Source: Candidatus Moranella endobia PCIT (GTDB lineage Bacteria > Pseudomonadota > Gammaproteobacteria > Enterobacterales > Enterobacteriaceae). From it: DNA of 32,000 nt. The stretch spans positions 450,001 through 482,000 of the forward strand of contig NC_015735.1 of assembly GCF_000219175.1 (NCBI RefSeq), written 5' to 3'. The position numbers and the translations under genes are program-made. The notes below the pieces were generated by a model. It was not told where the DNA came from. It saw only the letters and a program-made list of their open reading frames with translations, and ran no database searches. Positions 21,827 through 32,000 of this stretch are shown in pieces; within the stretch, counting starts at the first letter, position 1, and every line of letters begins with the position of its first letter.

Positions 21827-22198
21827 ATGATCCAAGAACAGACTATGCTGAACGTGGCTGACAACTCCGGGGCGCGGCGCGTAATGTGTATCAAGGTTCT
21901 AGGTGGTTCGCAACGTCACTATGCAGGCGTAGGCGATATTATTAAAATTACCATCAAAGAAGCTGTTCCTCATGGCAAAGTAAAGAAAGGTGATGTTTTG
22001 AAGGCGGTAGTGGTGCGTACCAGGAAAGGTATTCGTCGCTCTGATGGTTCTGTCGTTCGCTTCGATGGTAATGCTTGTGTTTTGTTGCAAAATAACAATG
22101 ATCAACCTATAGGAACGCGTATTTTTGGTCCAGTGACTCGTGAACTACGTACCGAACGATTCATGAAGATTGTTTCCCTAGCACCAGAAGTACTTTAA
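21827..22198 (+). CDS. rplN: Ribosomal protein L14
   Basis: [27 protein letters not shown]. Confidence 0.99.
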   Translation: MIQEQTMLNVADNSGARRVMCIKVLGGSQRHYAGVGDIIKITIKEAVPHGKVKKGDVLKAVVVRTRKGIRRSDGSVVRFDGNACVLLQNNNDQPIGTRIFGPVTRELRTERFMKIVSLAPEVL

Positions 22199-22208
22199 GG
22201 AGCGCATT

Positions 22209-22526
22209 ATGGCAGCAAAAATCCATCGTGGTGACGATGTTATCGTGCTAACTGGCAGAGATAAAGGTAAGCGCGGTAAAGTTAAAACAGTTCTTTCTAC
22301 CGGTAAGGTTATTGTGGAAGGTATCAATCTAGTTAAGAAACATCAAAAAGCAATCTTAGCTGTTAACAAACTGGGTGGCATCGTTGAGAAAGAAGCAGCA
22401 ATCCATCTTTCCAATATTGCTATTTTTAATGCCGCTACCAGAAAGGCTGATCGTGTTAGCTTTAAGCTTGAGGACGGCAAGAAAGTGCGGATATTCAAAT
22501 CTAACGGTGGAATGATAAAGATTTAG
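22209..22526 (+). CDS. rplX: Ribosomal protein L24
   Basis: [25 protein letters not shown]. Confidence 0.98.
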   Translation: MAAKIHRGDDVIVLTGRDKGKRGKVKTVLSTGKVIVEGINLVKKHQKAILAVNKLGGIVEKEAAIHLSNIAIFNAATRKADRVSFKLEDGKKVRIFKSNGGMIKI

Positions 22527-22539
22527 TAATATGAGGTAG

Positions 22540-23079
22540 ATGGTGAAACTGCATGCTTACTACAAAAACGAAATAGTTTATCAATTAATGAAAAAATTCA
22601 GCTACCATTCTGTTATGCAAGTACCTCGGGTTGCAAAAATAACTCTGAATATGGGTATTGGTAAAGCCATGGCCGATAAAAAGCTGCTAGATAACGCTGT
22701 AGCAGATTTGAGCGCTATTTCAGGCCAAAAGCCTATTATCACCAAAGCACGTAAATCTGTTGCTGGTTTTAAAATCCGTCAAGGCGATCCGATCGGTTGT
22801 AAAGTCACCCTGCGTGGCGAGCGCATGTGGGGGTTCTTAGAGCGACTTATTACCATTGTTATACCTCGTATCCGTGACTTCCGTGGTCTATCCGCCCAGT
22901 CATTCGATCGTCATGGCAACTATAGCATGGGCGTACGTGAACAAAGCATCTTCCCGGAAATTGACTATGATAAAGTAGATCTGGTTCGTGGCTTGGATAT
23001 TACCATCACAACCACGGCGACATCAGATAACGAAGGCCGTGCGCTGTTAACAGCTTTTCACTTCCCATTCCGCCAGTAA
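22540..23079 (+). CDS. rplE: Ribosomal protein L5
   Basis: [39 protein letters not shown]. Confidence 0.99.
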   Translation: MVKLHAYYKNEIVYQLMKKFSYHSVMQVPRVAKITLNMGIGKAMADKKLLDNAVADLSAISGQKPIITKARKSVAGFKIRQGDPIGCKVTLRGERMWGFLERLITIVIPRIRDFRGLSAQSFDRHGNYSMGVREQSIFPEIDYDKVDLVRGLDITITTTATSDNEGRALLTAFHFPFRQ

Positions 23080-23092
23080 ATTAGGGTTAATG

Positions 23093-23398
23093 ATGGCTAA
23101 ACAATCCATGAAAGCACGCGAATTAAAACGGGTAAAATTAGCTGCTAAATTCTTTGCAAAACGCGCGGCAATCAAAGCAACTATTTCAAACGTATCTGTT
23201 TCCGATGCAGAGCGCTGGGATGCAGTGCTCAAGCTGCAGACGCTGCCTCGTGATTCCAGCCTGTCTCGGCAGCGTAACCGCTGCCGCCAAACTGGTAGGC
23301 CACACGCTTTTCTGCGTAAATTTGGATTGAGCCGCATTAAGGTCCGTGAAGCAGCTATGCGTGGGGAGATTCCTGGCCTAAGAAAGGCTAGTTGGTAA
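23093..23398 (+). CDS. rpsN: Ribosomal protein S14
   Basis: [25 protein letters not shown]; second Met of the ORF matches the family start. Confidence 0.98.
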   Translation: MAKQSMKARELKRVKLAAKFFAKRAAIKATISNVSVSDAERWDAVLKLQTLPRDSSLSRQRNRCRQTGRPHAFLRKFGLSRIKVREAAMRGEIPGLRKASW

Positions 23399-23436
23399 CT
23401 GTTCACCATTGAATCGAATCATAGGAGTAACGAAAT

Positions 23437-23829
23437 ATGAGCATGCAAGATCCGATTGCGGATATGCTAACCCGTATTCGTAATTGTCAAAAAGCACAAA
23501 AAACTACAACCTCTATGCCTTCCTCTAAGCTTAAATTAGCAATTGCTTCTTTACTAAAAGAAGAAGGCTTCATTGAAACTTACCAAGTTGAAGAAGAAAC
23601 CAAGCCGACGTTGAAACTAGTACTTAAGTACTTCCATGGTAAGCCGGTAATAGAAAAAATTCAGCGTATTAGCCGCCCTGGCCTACGCATCTACAAGAAA
23701 AAACATGCGCTACCAAAAGTTATGGCAGGCATGGGTATAGCGATTATTGCTACTTCTAAAGGCGTAATGACTGATCGGGCAGCGCGTAAGACTGGTATTG
23801 GTGGTGAGATTCTTTGCTACGTAGCTTAA
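23437..23829 (+). CDS. rpsH: Ribosomal protein S8
   Basis: [18 protein letters not shown]; [35 protein letters not shown]. Confidence 0.99.
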   Translation: MSMQDPIADMLTRIRNCQKAQKTTTSMPSSKLKLAIASLLKEEGFIETYQVEEETKPTLKLVLKYFHGKPVIEKIQRISRPGLRIYKKKHALPKVMAGMGIAIIATSKGVMTDRAARKTGIGGEILCYVA

Positions 23830-23842
23830 TTTGGAGAACAGC

Positions 23843-24376
23843 ATGTCTCGTATTGCTAAAGCACCAGTTATTATTCCTGCTGGTGTAGAGGTCACAATCA
23901 ACGGTCAGGAGATTGTGATTAAAGGTAAAAATGGTGAACTAGCTCGTACTATCCACGAAGCTGTTGAAGTGCAGCATGCTAATAACCAGCTGACATTTGC
24001 TCCGCGCAAAAACCATGCTAACGGTTGGGCACTGGCAGGAACTACACGTTCGCTGTTAAACGGTATGGTAATGGGTGTTACCGAAGGTTTTACGAAAAAG
24101 CTACAATTAGTGGGAGTAGGTTACCGTGCTGCAGTGATAGGTAATGTGGTGAATTTGTCGTTGGGCTTTTCTCACCCTATTGACCATACCCTGCCCGTAG
24201 GCATTACCGCAGAATGCCCAAGCCAAACTGAAATCTTGCTGACAGGCGCTGATAGGCAGGCTATTGGCCAAGTTGCCGCAGATTTGCGTGCCTATCGTCG
24301 TCCGGAGCCTTATAAAGGTAAAGGTGTTCGTTATGCCGACGAAGTGGTGCGTACCAAAGATACTAAGAAGAAGTAA
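23843..24376 (+). CDS. rplF: Ribosomal protein L6
   Basis: [33 protein letters not shown]; start at 23843 preferred over 23831. Confidence 0.98.
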   Translation: MSRIAKAPVIIPAGVEVTINGQEIVIKGKNGELARTIHEAVEVQHANNQLTFAPRKNHANGWALAGTTRSLLNGMVMGVTEGFTKKLQLVGVGYRAAVIGNVVNLSLGFSHPIDHTLPVGITAECPSQTEILLTGADRQAIGQVAADLRAYRRPEPYKGKGVRYADEVVRTKDTKKK

Positions 24377-24385
24377 AATAACGCT

Positions 24386-24736
24386 ATGGATAATAAAGCA
24401 GCTCGTATCCGTCGTGCAACCAGAGCACGACGCAAGTTAAAGGAACTGGGTGCCACCCGCTTAGTGGTACATCGTACCCCGCGTCATATTTACGCACAGG
24501 TTATTACGCCAAACAGTTCTAAAGTCCTGGTTGTAGCGTCGACTGTAGAAAAAAATCTCGGGGCAAAAACAGGTACCGGTAACAAATATGCCGCGGCCGC
24601 AGTAGGTAAAATGCTCGCGGAACGCGCCCTAGAAAAAGGAATTAAGTATGTTTCCTTTGATCGTTCTGGGTTCCAATATCATGGAAGAGTCCAGGCACTG
24701 GCAGATGCTGCCCGTGCTGCTGGCCTTCAGTTTTAA
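24386..24736 (+). CDS. rplR: Ribosomal protein L18
   Basis: [39 protein letters not shown]. Confidence 0.98.
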   Translation: MDNKAARIRRATRARRKLKELGATRLVVHRTPRHIYAQVITPNSSKVLVVASTVEKNLGAKTGTGNKYAAAAVGKMLAERALEKGIKYVSFDRSGFQYHGRVQALADAARAAGLQF

Positions 24737-24764
24737 GATAGAGATTTAAAGAGATTGAATTAAG

Positions 24765-25265
24765 ATGGCACACATCGAAAAACAAGCTAGCGAATTGCAG
24801 GAAAAGCTGATCTCTGTTAACCGCGTATCTAAAACCGTAAAAGGTGGCCGTATTTTCAGCTTTGCCGCACTGACTGTTGTGGGTGACGGTAACGGCAAAG
24901 TTGGCTTTGGCTACGGTAAAGCACGTGAAGTACCAGCAGCTATCCAGAAAGCAATTGAGAAAGCTCGTCGTAACATGATGCATATCATGCTTAACAGTAG
25001 CACCCTGCAGCACCAAATTAAAGGTGAACATACAGGTTCAATCGTATTCATGCAGCCAGCTTCCGCAGGTACCGGTATTATTGCCGGTGGTGCAATGCGC
25101 GCGGTATTAGAAGTCGCAGGTGTTCACAACGTGCTAGCCAAAGCTTATGGTTCCACTAACCCTATTAACGTGGTTCGTGCAACTATCAATGCTCTTGGTA
25201 ATATGAAGTCTCCTGACATGATCGCTGCCAAGCGCGGTAAATCAGTTGCTGACATTTTGGATTAA
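24765..25265 (+). CDS. rpsE: Ribosomal protein S5
   Basis: [57 protein letters not shown]. Confidence 0.99.
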   Translation: MAHIEKQASELQEKLISVNRVSKTVKGGRIFSFAALTVVGDGNGKVGFGYGKAREVPAAIQKAIEKARRNMMHIMLNSSTLQHQIKGEHTGSIVFMQPASAGTGIIAGGAMRAVLEVAGVHNVLAKAYGSTNPINVVRATINALGNMKSPDMIAAKRGKSVADILD

Positions 25266-25271
25266 TTGACC

Positions 25272-25451
25272 ATGTTACAAACTATTAAAATAATTCAGAC
25301 TCGTAGTTCCATTGGTCGGCTGCCGAAACATAAGGCAACTTTGGTTGGTTTGGGCCTGCGCCGCATTGGCCATACCGTAGAGCGTGAAAATACTCATGCT
25401 ATAAGGATGATGGTTAATTTGGTAGCCTACATGGTAAAAGTAGAGGAGTAA
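25272..25451 (+). CDS. rpmD: Ribosomal protein L30
   Basis: [37 protein letters not shown]; ATG 25272 matches family start. Confidence 0.97.
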   Translation: MLQTIKIIQTRSSIGRLPKHKATLVGLGLRRIGHTVERENTHAIRMMVNLVAYMVKVEE

Positions 25452-25457
25452 TAAGAG

Positions 25458-25895
25458 ATGCATTTAAATACTCTATCTTTACCGTCTCGTTCGAGACGAC
25501 GTGCACCGAAGCGCCTAGGTCGTGGTATTGGTTCTGGCTTAGGCAAAACTAGCGGTCGCGGCCATAAAGGTCAGCACTCTCGTTCCGGCGGCGGCGTACA
25601 TCGCGGTTTTGAAGGTGGCCAGATGCCTCTATACCGTCGACTACCGAAATTTGGCTTTAAGTCGCGTAAATCTATGGTCACTGCGGAAGTACGCCTGTCA
25701 GATTTGACACACATAGAAGGAGAGGTAGTGGATTTAAATGCTTTGAAAGCCGCTAACATCGTTGGTATCCAAACTGAATTTGCCAAGATCATGCTTTCTG
25801 GTGAAGTGAAACGTGCGTTTACCGTGCGTAGCCTGCGTGTAAGTAAGGGCGCGTGTGTCGCAATTAAAGCTGCCGGTGGTACAATTGAAGAATAG
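25458..25895 (+). CDS. rplO: Ribosomal protein L15
   Basis: [49 protein letters not shown]. Confidence 0.99.
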   Translation: MHLNTLSLPSRSRRRAPKRLGRGIGSGLGKTSGRGHKGQHSRSGGGVHRGFEGGQMPLYRRLPKFGFKSRKSMVTAEVRLSDLTHIEGEVVDLNALKAANIVGIQTEFAKIMLSGEVKRAFTVRSLRVSKGACVAIKAAGGTIEE

Positions 25896-25902
25896 GTAGC
25901 AG

Positions 25903-27231
25903 ATGGCTAAAAAATTAAGGTTAGGCTTTCAAAGCACCAAAGATGGTGGAATAGATGATCTGAAACGAAGATTGTTGTTTGTTATGGGCGCGCTTATTGT
26001 TTTTCGTATCGGTTCGTTTATTCCGATCCCTGGTATTGATGGTACCGTACTTATAAAATTACTCGAACAACAGAGAGGTACCATCATTGAAATGTTTAAT
26101 ATGTTCTCTGGTGGTGCACTTAGCCGTGCTTCTCTCTTCACTTTAGGAATCATGCCGTATATTTCGGCATCAATCATCGTTCAGCTACTTACTGTTATTC
26201 ATCCGACACTGTCAGAAATTAAAAAAGATGGCGAGTTTGGTAGAAGGAAAATTAGCCAGTACACGCGTTATGGCGCGTTGGTATTAGCGATATGTCAGGC
26301 AATAGGTATTGCTAACGGTTTACCGCGTATGCCTGGAATGCAAGAACTGATAATAAATCCAGGATTTGCGTTTTACTTGACCGCGGTAGCAAGCCTAGTT
26401 TGTGGGACCATTTTTCTGATGTGGCTTGGTGAACAGATTACTGAAAGAAGTATTAGTAACGGTATTTCCATCATTATTTTCGCTGGGATAGTTTCCGGCT
26501 TGCCGCCGGCAATAGGCCACACTATAGAACAATCTCGACAGAGCGAGATACCATCCTTACTTATGTTGCTATTGGTTACTGTTCTAGGGTTGGTGATGAC
26601 TTTTTTTGTGGTGTTAGTTGAACGTGGTCAGCGTCGTATAAGTGTTAACTACGCCAAGCGTCATCAAGGTCGGCGCGTTTATGCAGCTCATGGAACGCAT
26701 TTGCCGCTGAAATTAAATATGGCCGGAGTTACCCCGACAATTTTCGCTTCAAGCATAATTTTGTTTCCTGCCACGATTGCATCATGTTTTGGAGGCGGCA
26801 CAGGTTGGGGCTGGTTGTCTGCGATTGCGCTCTATTTACAGCCAAATAAACCACTATATGTGGTATCATATGCGTCCGCAATCATATTTTTCTGTTTTTT
26901 TTACACTGCATTGGTGTTTAACCCGCGCGAGATAGCAGATAACTTGAAGAAGTCCGGTGCTTTTGTATCAGGTATGCGGCCAGGAGAGCAAACGGCAAGG
27001 TATATCGAAAAGATCATGAACCGACTAACGCTGGTAGGTTCATTGTATATGACATTGATATGTCTAATTCCGGAGTTCATGCGTGAAGCAATGAAAGTTC
27101 CCTTCTATTTGGGCGGGACGTCTTTATTGATAGTTGTTGTGGTTATCATGGAGTTTTTGGCTCAAGTACAGACTATGATGATGTCTAGTCGATACGAATC
27201 GACACTTAAGAAAGCAAACATGAAAAACTAA
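25903..27231 (+). CDS. secY: SecY, protein translocase subunit
   Basis: [11 protein letters not shown]...[43 protein letters not shown]; full length. Confidence 0.99.
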   Translation: MAKKLRLGFQSTKDGGIDDLKRRLLFVMGALIVFRIGSFIPIPGIDGTVLIKLLEQQRGTIIEMFNMFSGGALSRASLFTLGIMPYISASIIVQLLTVIHPTLSEIKKDGEFGRRKISQYTRYGALVLAICQAIGIANGLPRMPGMQELIINPGFAFYLTAVASLVCGTIFLMWLGEQITERSISNGISIIIFAGIVSGLPPAIGHTIEQSRQSEIPSLLMLLLVTVLGLVMTFFVVLVERGQRRISVNYAKRHQGRRVYAAHGTHLPLKLNMAGVTPTIFASSIILFPATIASCFGGGTGWGWLSAIALYLQPNKPLYVVSYASAIIFFCFFYTALVFNPREIADNLKKSGAFVSGMRPGEQTARYIEKIMNRLTLVGSLYMTLICLIPEFMREAMKVPFYLGGTSLLIVVVVIMEFLAQVQTMMMSSRYESTLKKANMKN

Positions 27232-27289
27232 CACCGTTAATTCGTCAACCAATAATTAGTGATAAGTTACGGGGGGGGGAGCTTAAACA

Positions 27290-27406
27290 ATGAAAGTTTG
27301 TACTTCCATCAAGATATTATGTCGTAACTGCAAAATCGTTAAACGTAAAAGTGTCGTTCGTGTTATTTGTAGAGCGGAACCGAAGCATAAACAACGACAA
27401 GGCTAA
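27290..27406 (+). CDS. rpmJ: Ribosomal protein L36 (38 aa; absent from the supplied ORF track)
   Basis: Manual translation [38 protein letters not shown]; between secY and rpsM as in enterics. Confidence 0.97.
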   Translation: MKVCTSIKILCRNCKIVKRKSVVRVICRAEPKHKQRQG

Positions 27407-27455
27407 GGAGCTATTTTTATGATGGTGTTGCCATTAAACTTTCTAGGAGTACATA

Positions 27456-27821
27456 GTGGCCCGTATAGCTGGCATTAACATTCCTGATAATAAACATACC
27501 GTTATTGCGCTAACTTCAATTTACGGCATAGGCAAAACCCGCTCGCAGCAAATATGCGCTGCTACGGGTATTACTGAGCATGTTCATATCAGTGAGCTGT
27601 CGGAAGAGCAGCTCGACAAACTGCGTGACGCAGTTACAAAGTTTGTTGTTGAAGGCGATCTGCGCCGTGTAGTAACCATAAGTATCAAGCGGCTGATTGA
27701 ACTTGGTACCTATCGTGGTTTGCGTCATCGTCGTGGTCTTCCAGTGCGTGGTCAACGCACTAAGACCAATGCTCGTACCTGTAAAGGGCCGCGCAAACCG
27801 ATCAAAAAAATCATCGTGTAG
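27456..27821 (+). CDS. rpsM: Ribosomal protein S13 (GTG start)
   Basis: (V/M)[37 protein letters not shown]. Confidence 0.99.
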   Translation: MARIAGINIPDNKHTVIALTSIYGIGKTRSQQICAATGITEHVHISELSEEQLDKLRDAVTKFVVEGDLRRVVTISIKRLIELGTYRGLRHRRGLPVRGQRTKTNARTCKGPRKPIKKIIV

Positions 27822-27832
27822 TGAGCACATTA

Positions 27833-28222
27833 ATGACTAAGGCACATATTCATGCACGTAAGCGTGTTAAGAAACACATTTCCGATGGTATAGCTCATAT
27901 TCATGTATCTTTTAATAATACTATTGTAACTATTACAGATCTTCAGGGTAATACATTAGGGTGGGCTACTGCCGGTGGTTCTGGTTTTCGCGGTTCTCGT
28001 AAGTCCACTCCTTTCGCCGCACAGGTTGCGGTAGAACATTGCGCGGAAGCAGTAAAAGAATATGGTATCCAGAATCTGGAAGTGATGGTTAAAGGACCAG
28101 GTCCAGGCCGCGAGTCTACCGTCCGCGCGCTAAATGCGGCCGGTTTTCGCATTACAAATATCACTGATGCAACTCCGATTCCCCATAACGGTTGTCGGCC
28201 GCCTAAGAAGCGGCGCGTATAA
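27833..28222 (+). CDS. rpsK: Ribosomal protein S11
   Basis: [36 protein letters not shown]...[15 protein letters not shown]; ATG 27833 preferred over GTG 27821. Confidence 0.98.
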   Translation: MTKAHIHARKRVKKHISDGIAHIHVSFNNTIVTITDLQGNTLGWATAGGSGFRGSRKSTPFAAQVAVEHCAEAVKEYGIQNLEVMVKGPGPGRESTVRALNAAGFRITNITDATPIPHNGCRPPKKRRV

Positions 28223-28253
28223 CGTTTTATGAATTTATGATGGGAGGCATAAT

Positions 28254-28874
28254 ATGGCAAAATATTTAGGTCCTAAACTCAAGCTTAGCCGTCGTGAGGG
28301 TACAGATCTTTTCCTAAAGTCTAGCGTTCGCGCTATAGAGTCAAAATGTAAGATTGAGCAACCCCCTGGTCAGCACAGCTCGCGGAAAACACGCTTATCT
28401 GATTACGGTAAACAGTTGCGAGAAAAACAAAAAGTGCGTCGTATTTACGGCGTGCTTGAACGTCAATTTCGTAACTACTACAAAAAGGCCGCACGTTTGA
28501 AAGGCAATCCTGGTGAAAACCTCTTACAGTTGCTGGAAGGTCGTCTCGATAACGTTGTGTACCGTATGGGATTTAGTGCTACCCGCGCTGAATCACATCA
28601 ATTGGTTAGCCATAAGTCGATCATGGTCAACAACCGAGTTATCAACGTCGCTTCCTACCAGGTGACTCCGAATGACATTGTCAGTATCCGAAAGAAAGCT
28701 CAGACACAATACCGTGTTCGTGCCTCATTAGAACTGGCAGAACAGCAAGAAAAGCCAACCTGGCTTGAAGTAGACGCTACTAAAATGGAAGGAGTGTTCA
28801 AACGCATTCCAGAACGTACCGATCTTTCCCCGGATATTAATGAACACCTAATCGTAGAGCTTTACTCGAAGTAA
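28254..28874 (+). CDS. rpsD: Ribosomal protein S4
   Basis: [41 protein letters not shown]. Confidence 0.99.
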   Translation: MAKYLGPKLKLSRREGTDLFLKSSVRAIESKCKIEQPPGQHSSRKTRLSDYGKQLREKQKVRRIYGVLERQFRNYYKKAARLKGNPGENLLQLLEGRLDNVVYRMGFSATRAESHQLVSHKSIMVNNRVINVASYQVTPNDIVSIRKKAQTQYRVRASLELAEQQEKPTWLEVDATKMEGVFKRIPERTDLSPDINEHLIVELYSK

Positions 28875-28905
28875 TGCTTAGTACCAGTACCAAAGAGAGG
28901 ACAAC

Positions 28906-29895
28906 ATGCATGGTTCTGTGACAGAGTTTCTAAAACCGCGTTTGGTAGAGATCGAGCAAATCAATTCGACGCAAGCAAAGGTGACCCTTGAACCATTAGA
29001 GCGTGGCTTTGGTCATACTCTGGGTAACGCACTACGCCGTATTATGCTTTCATCAATGCCAGGTTGCGCGGTGACTGAGGCTGAGATTGATGGTGTACTG
29101 CACGAATACAGTACCAAAGAAGGTGTACAAGAAGATATCTTAGAAATTTTACTTAACCTAAAAGGGCTAGCAGTGAGAGTTCAAGGGAAAAAAGATGAAG
29201 TTATCTTAACTCTGAATAAAGCCGGCATTGGACCTGTTACCGCCGCCGACATCATCCATGATGTTGATGTTGAAATCGTCAAGCCGAAACAGGTACTGTG
29301 CCACCTGACCGATAATCATGCATCTATCAATATGCGTATCAAGGTTCAGCGTGGACGTGGCTATGTTCCGGTTTCGGCACGAATGGCTGCTTCGGATGAG
29401 CACCAAATTGGTCGTTTGCTATTAGATGCATGCTATAGCCCTATAGAGCGCATAGCCTACAATGTGGAAGCAGCGCGCGTTGAGCAGCGCACTGACCTCG
29501 ACCGGCTAGTGATCGAAATAGAAACCAACGGCACAATCGATCCAGAAGAAGCAATACGCCGTGCAGCCACTATTCTGGCTGAACAACTAGAAGCTTTTGT
29601 TGACTTACGTGATGTATGTCAGCCAGAGTTGAGAGCATCGAAACCCAAATTCGATCCGCTCTTGTTGCGCCCAGTTGATGATCTGGAATTAACAGTACGC
29701 TCTGCTAACTGTCTAAAGGCAGAAGCTATCCATTACATCGGTGATCTGGTACAGCGCACTGAAGTTGAGCTACTTAAAACTCCCAACCTGGGTAAAAAAT
29801 CGCTGACTGAGATCAAAGATGTTTTGGCTGCGCGTGGGTTATCTCTGGGCGTACGCCTCGAAAACTGGCCGCCGGCAAGTATTAATGATGAATAG
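28906..29895 (+). CDS. rpoA: RNA polymerase subunit alpha
   Basis: [46 protein letters not shown]; intact C-terminal domain. Confidence 0.99.
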   Translation: MHGSVTEFLKPRLVEIEQINSTQAKVTLEPLERGFGHTLGNALRRIMLSSMPGCAVTEAEIDGVLHEYSTKEGVQEDILEILLNLKGLAVRVQGKKDEVILTLNKAGIGPVTAADIIHDVDVEIVKPKQVLCHLTDNHASINMRIKVQRGRGYVPVSARMAASDEHQIGRLLLDACYSPIERIAYNVEAARVEQRTDLDRLVIEIETNGTIDPEEAIRRAATILAEQLEAFVDLRDVCQPELRASKPKFDPLLLRPVDDLELTVRSANCLKAEAIHYIGDLVQRTEVELLKTPNLGKKSLTEIKDVLAARGLSLGVRLENWPPASINDE

Positions 29896-29915
29896 ATGAA
29901 TATTAATTCTCATAA

Positions 29916-30316
<401 letters not shown>

Positions 30317-30317
<1 letters not shown>

Positions 30318-30352
30318 AAATAAAACCCCCGGCAATCCGGGGGTTTTATTTT
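30317..30352. terminator. Bidirectional rho-independent terminator between rplQ and groL
   Basis: Perfect 16-bp inverted repeat AAAATAAAACCCCCGG-CAAT-CCGGGGGTTTTATTTT, A-rich on one side and T-rich on the other. Confidence 0.93.
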
Positions 30353-30394
30353 ATAACATCAGCTTCAATTTCAATAACACGTGAATACGTGGTG

Positions 30395-32000
30395 TTACAT
30401 CATGTTATTCATACCGCCCATACCTCCTCCTGCATTACCTACGTCAGGTTTATTTTCCTTCGGTAGGTCAGTAACCATGCATTCGGTAGTAATCATCAGA
30501 CCTGCGACTGAAGCTGCATACTGTAGCGCAGAACGGGTTACCTTAGTTGGATCCAGAATACCCATGTCAATCATGTTACCATACTCTTCTGTCGATGCAT
30601 TGTAACCAGTGTTACCTTCACCAGCTTTTACTTTATTAGCAATAACTGACGGCTCTTCACCAGCATTAGCAACAATTTGACGCAGCGGTGCTTCCATAGC
30701 ACGGCGTGCGACCTTAATACCGACATTCTGATCTTCGTTATCACCGCGTAGTTCAGCAATACAGTTTGCTACACGAATCAGTGCTACTCCACCACCAGCG
30801 ACCACGCCTTCCTCTACTGCTGCGCGGGTAGCATGTAGGGCATCTTCAACGCGCGCTTTTTTCTCTTTCATTTCCACTTCGGTCGCGGCACCGACTTTGA
30901 TAACAGCAACTCCACCTGCGAGTTTAGCAACTCGTTCCTGCAGTTTTTCACGATCGTAATCAGAGGTAGCTTCGTCGCGCTGCTGGTTGATCTGAGCAAC
31001 ACGGCTAGCAATCAGTTTTTTGTCACCAACGCCATCAATGATGGTTGTAGTGTCTTTGGTAATAACGACACGTTTGGCCTGACCCATATCATCAAGAGTT
31101 GCTTTTTCCAGCTCCAGACCAATCTCCTCAGAAATAACGGTACCTGCAGTAAGGATAGCGATATCTTGCAGCATAGCCTTACGGCGATCGCCAAAGCCAG
31201 GTGCTTTTACAGCAGCTACTTTAACTATACCGCGCATAGTGTTTACCACTAGTGTAGCTAGCGCTTCGCCTTCAACGTCTTCAGCAATAATTAGTAGCGG
31301 TTTACCTGCTTTGGCAACTGCTTCGAGTACAGGCAACATTCCTCTGATATTAGATATTTTCTTGTCGGCAAGTAGAATAAATGGGCTTTCTAGTTCAACG
31401 GTACCTGTCTCTGGTTTGTTGACAAAATACGGGGATAGGTAACCACGGTCAAACTGCATTCCTTCAACCACGTCAAGCTCATCTTGCAGACCGGAACCCT
31501 CTTCTACGGTTATAACGCCTTCCTTACCAACTTTAGCCATAGCTTCCGCGATCAGAGTACCAACGGTCTCATCGGCATTAGCTGAAATAGTACCAACCTG
31601 AGCAATTGCTTTAGAATCGGAACAAGGCACAGATAGTTTTTTCAGTTCTTCTACAGCTGAAATAACTGCTTTATCGATCCCACGCTTCAGGTCCATAGGG
31701 TTCATGCCAGCAGCAACAGCCTTCAGTCCTTCGTTAACGATAGACTGTGCTAGCAAGGTAGCAGTAGTAGTGCCATCACCTGCAGCGTCATTTGCTTTTG
31801 AGGCAACTTCCTTCACCATCTGGGCGCCCATGTTCTCGAATTTATCTTCGAGTTCTATTTCACGTGCGACTGAAACGCCATCTTTCGTGATAACTGGCGC
31901 GCCAAATGATTTGTCCAGTACTACATTTCGGCCTTTAGGACCCAAGGTCACTTTTACCGCGTCGGCCAGCACATTAACTCCGCGAAGCATTTTTACGCGA
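30395..32000 (-). CDS. groL: GroEL chaperonin (N-terminus beyond the window edge)
   Basis: [48 protein letters not shown]...GDGTTTAT; the frame continues upstream of the listed Met (..RVK) to base 32000, so the gene is partial. GGM-type tail retained. Confidence 0.99.
   Translation of the reverse strand, partial: RVKMLRGVNVLADAVKVTLGPKGRNVVLDKSFGAPVITKDGVSVAREIELEDKFENMGAQMVKEVASKANDAAGDGTTTATLLAQSIVNEGLKAVAAGMNPMDLKRGIDKAVISAVEELKKLSVPCSDSKAIAQVGTISANADETVGTLIAEAMAKVGKEGVITVEEGSGLQDELDVVEGMQFDRGYLSPYFVNKPETGTVELESPFILLADKKISNIRGMLPVLEAVAKAGKPLLIIAEDVEGEALATLVVNTMRGIVKVAAVKAPGFGDRRKAMLQDIAILTAGTVISEEIGLELEKATLDDMGQAKRVVITKDTTTIIDGVGDKKLIASRVAQINQQRDEATSDYDREKLQERVAKLAGGVAVIKVGAATEVEMKEKKARVEDALHATRAAVEEGVVAGGGVALIRVANCIAELRGDNEDQNVGIKVARRAMEAPLRQIVANAGEEPSVIANKVKAGEGNTGYNASTEEYGNMIDMGILDPTKVTRSALQYAASVAGLMITTECMVTDLPKENKPDVGNAGGGMGGMNNMM

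Overview
The window looks like a gammaproteobacterial (Enterobacterales-like) genome undergoing reduction, in the style of an insect endosymbiont; that lifestyle label is an inference. From left to right it holds: the end of sufB, then sufCDSE; gloC(ycbL), lpxK-msbA, fabA and lonH(ycbZ), all on the minus strand; fldA; recC on the minus strand; a complete S10-spc-alpha ribosomal protein supercluster (rpsJ to rplQ, including secY, rpoA and a 38-aa rpmJ missing from the ORF track); and convergent groL, cut by the window edge. Hidden between the intact genes are degraded genes readable only as short frame-broken fragments: prfC, relA, a clear C-terminal scar of kdsB and possibly the end of rlmD. 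I found no CRISPR array, mobile element, tRNA/rRNA or novel multigene system. The points most worth a second look are: (1) RecC retained with substitutions at several residues implicated in Chi recognition plus an internal deletion; (2) FabA with Glu in place of its catalytic Asp; (3) kdsB decay beside intact lpxK/msbA; (4) the relA/rlmD graveyard directly upstream of recC. Comparisons with E. coli proteins are from memory, not from a database search.
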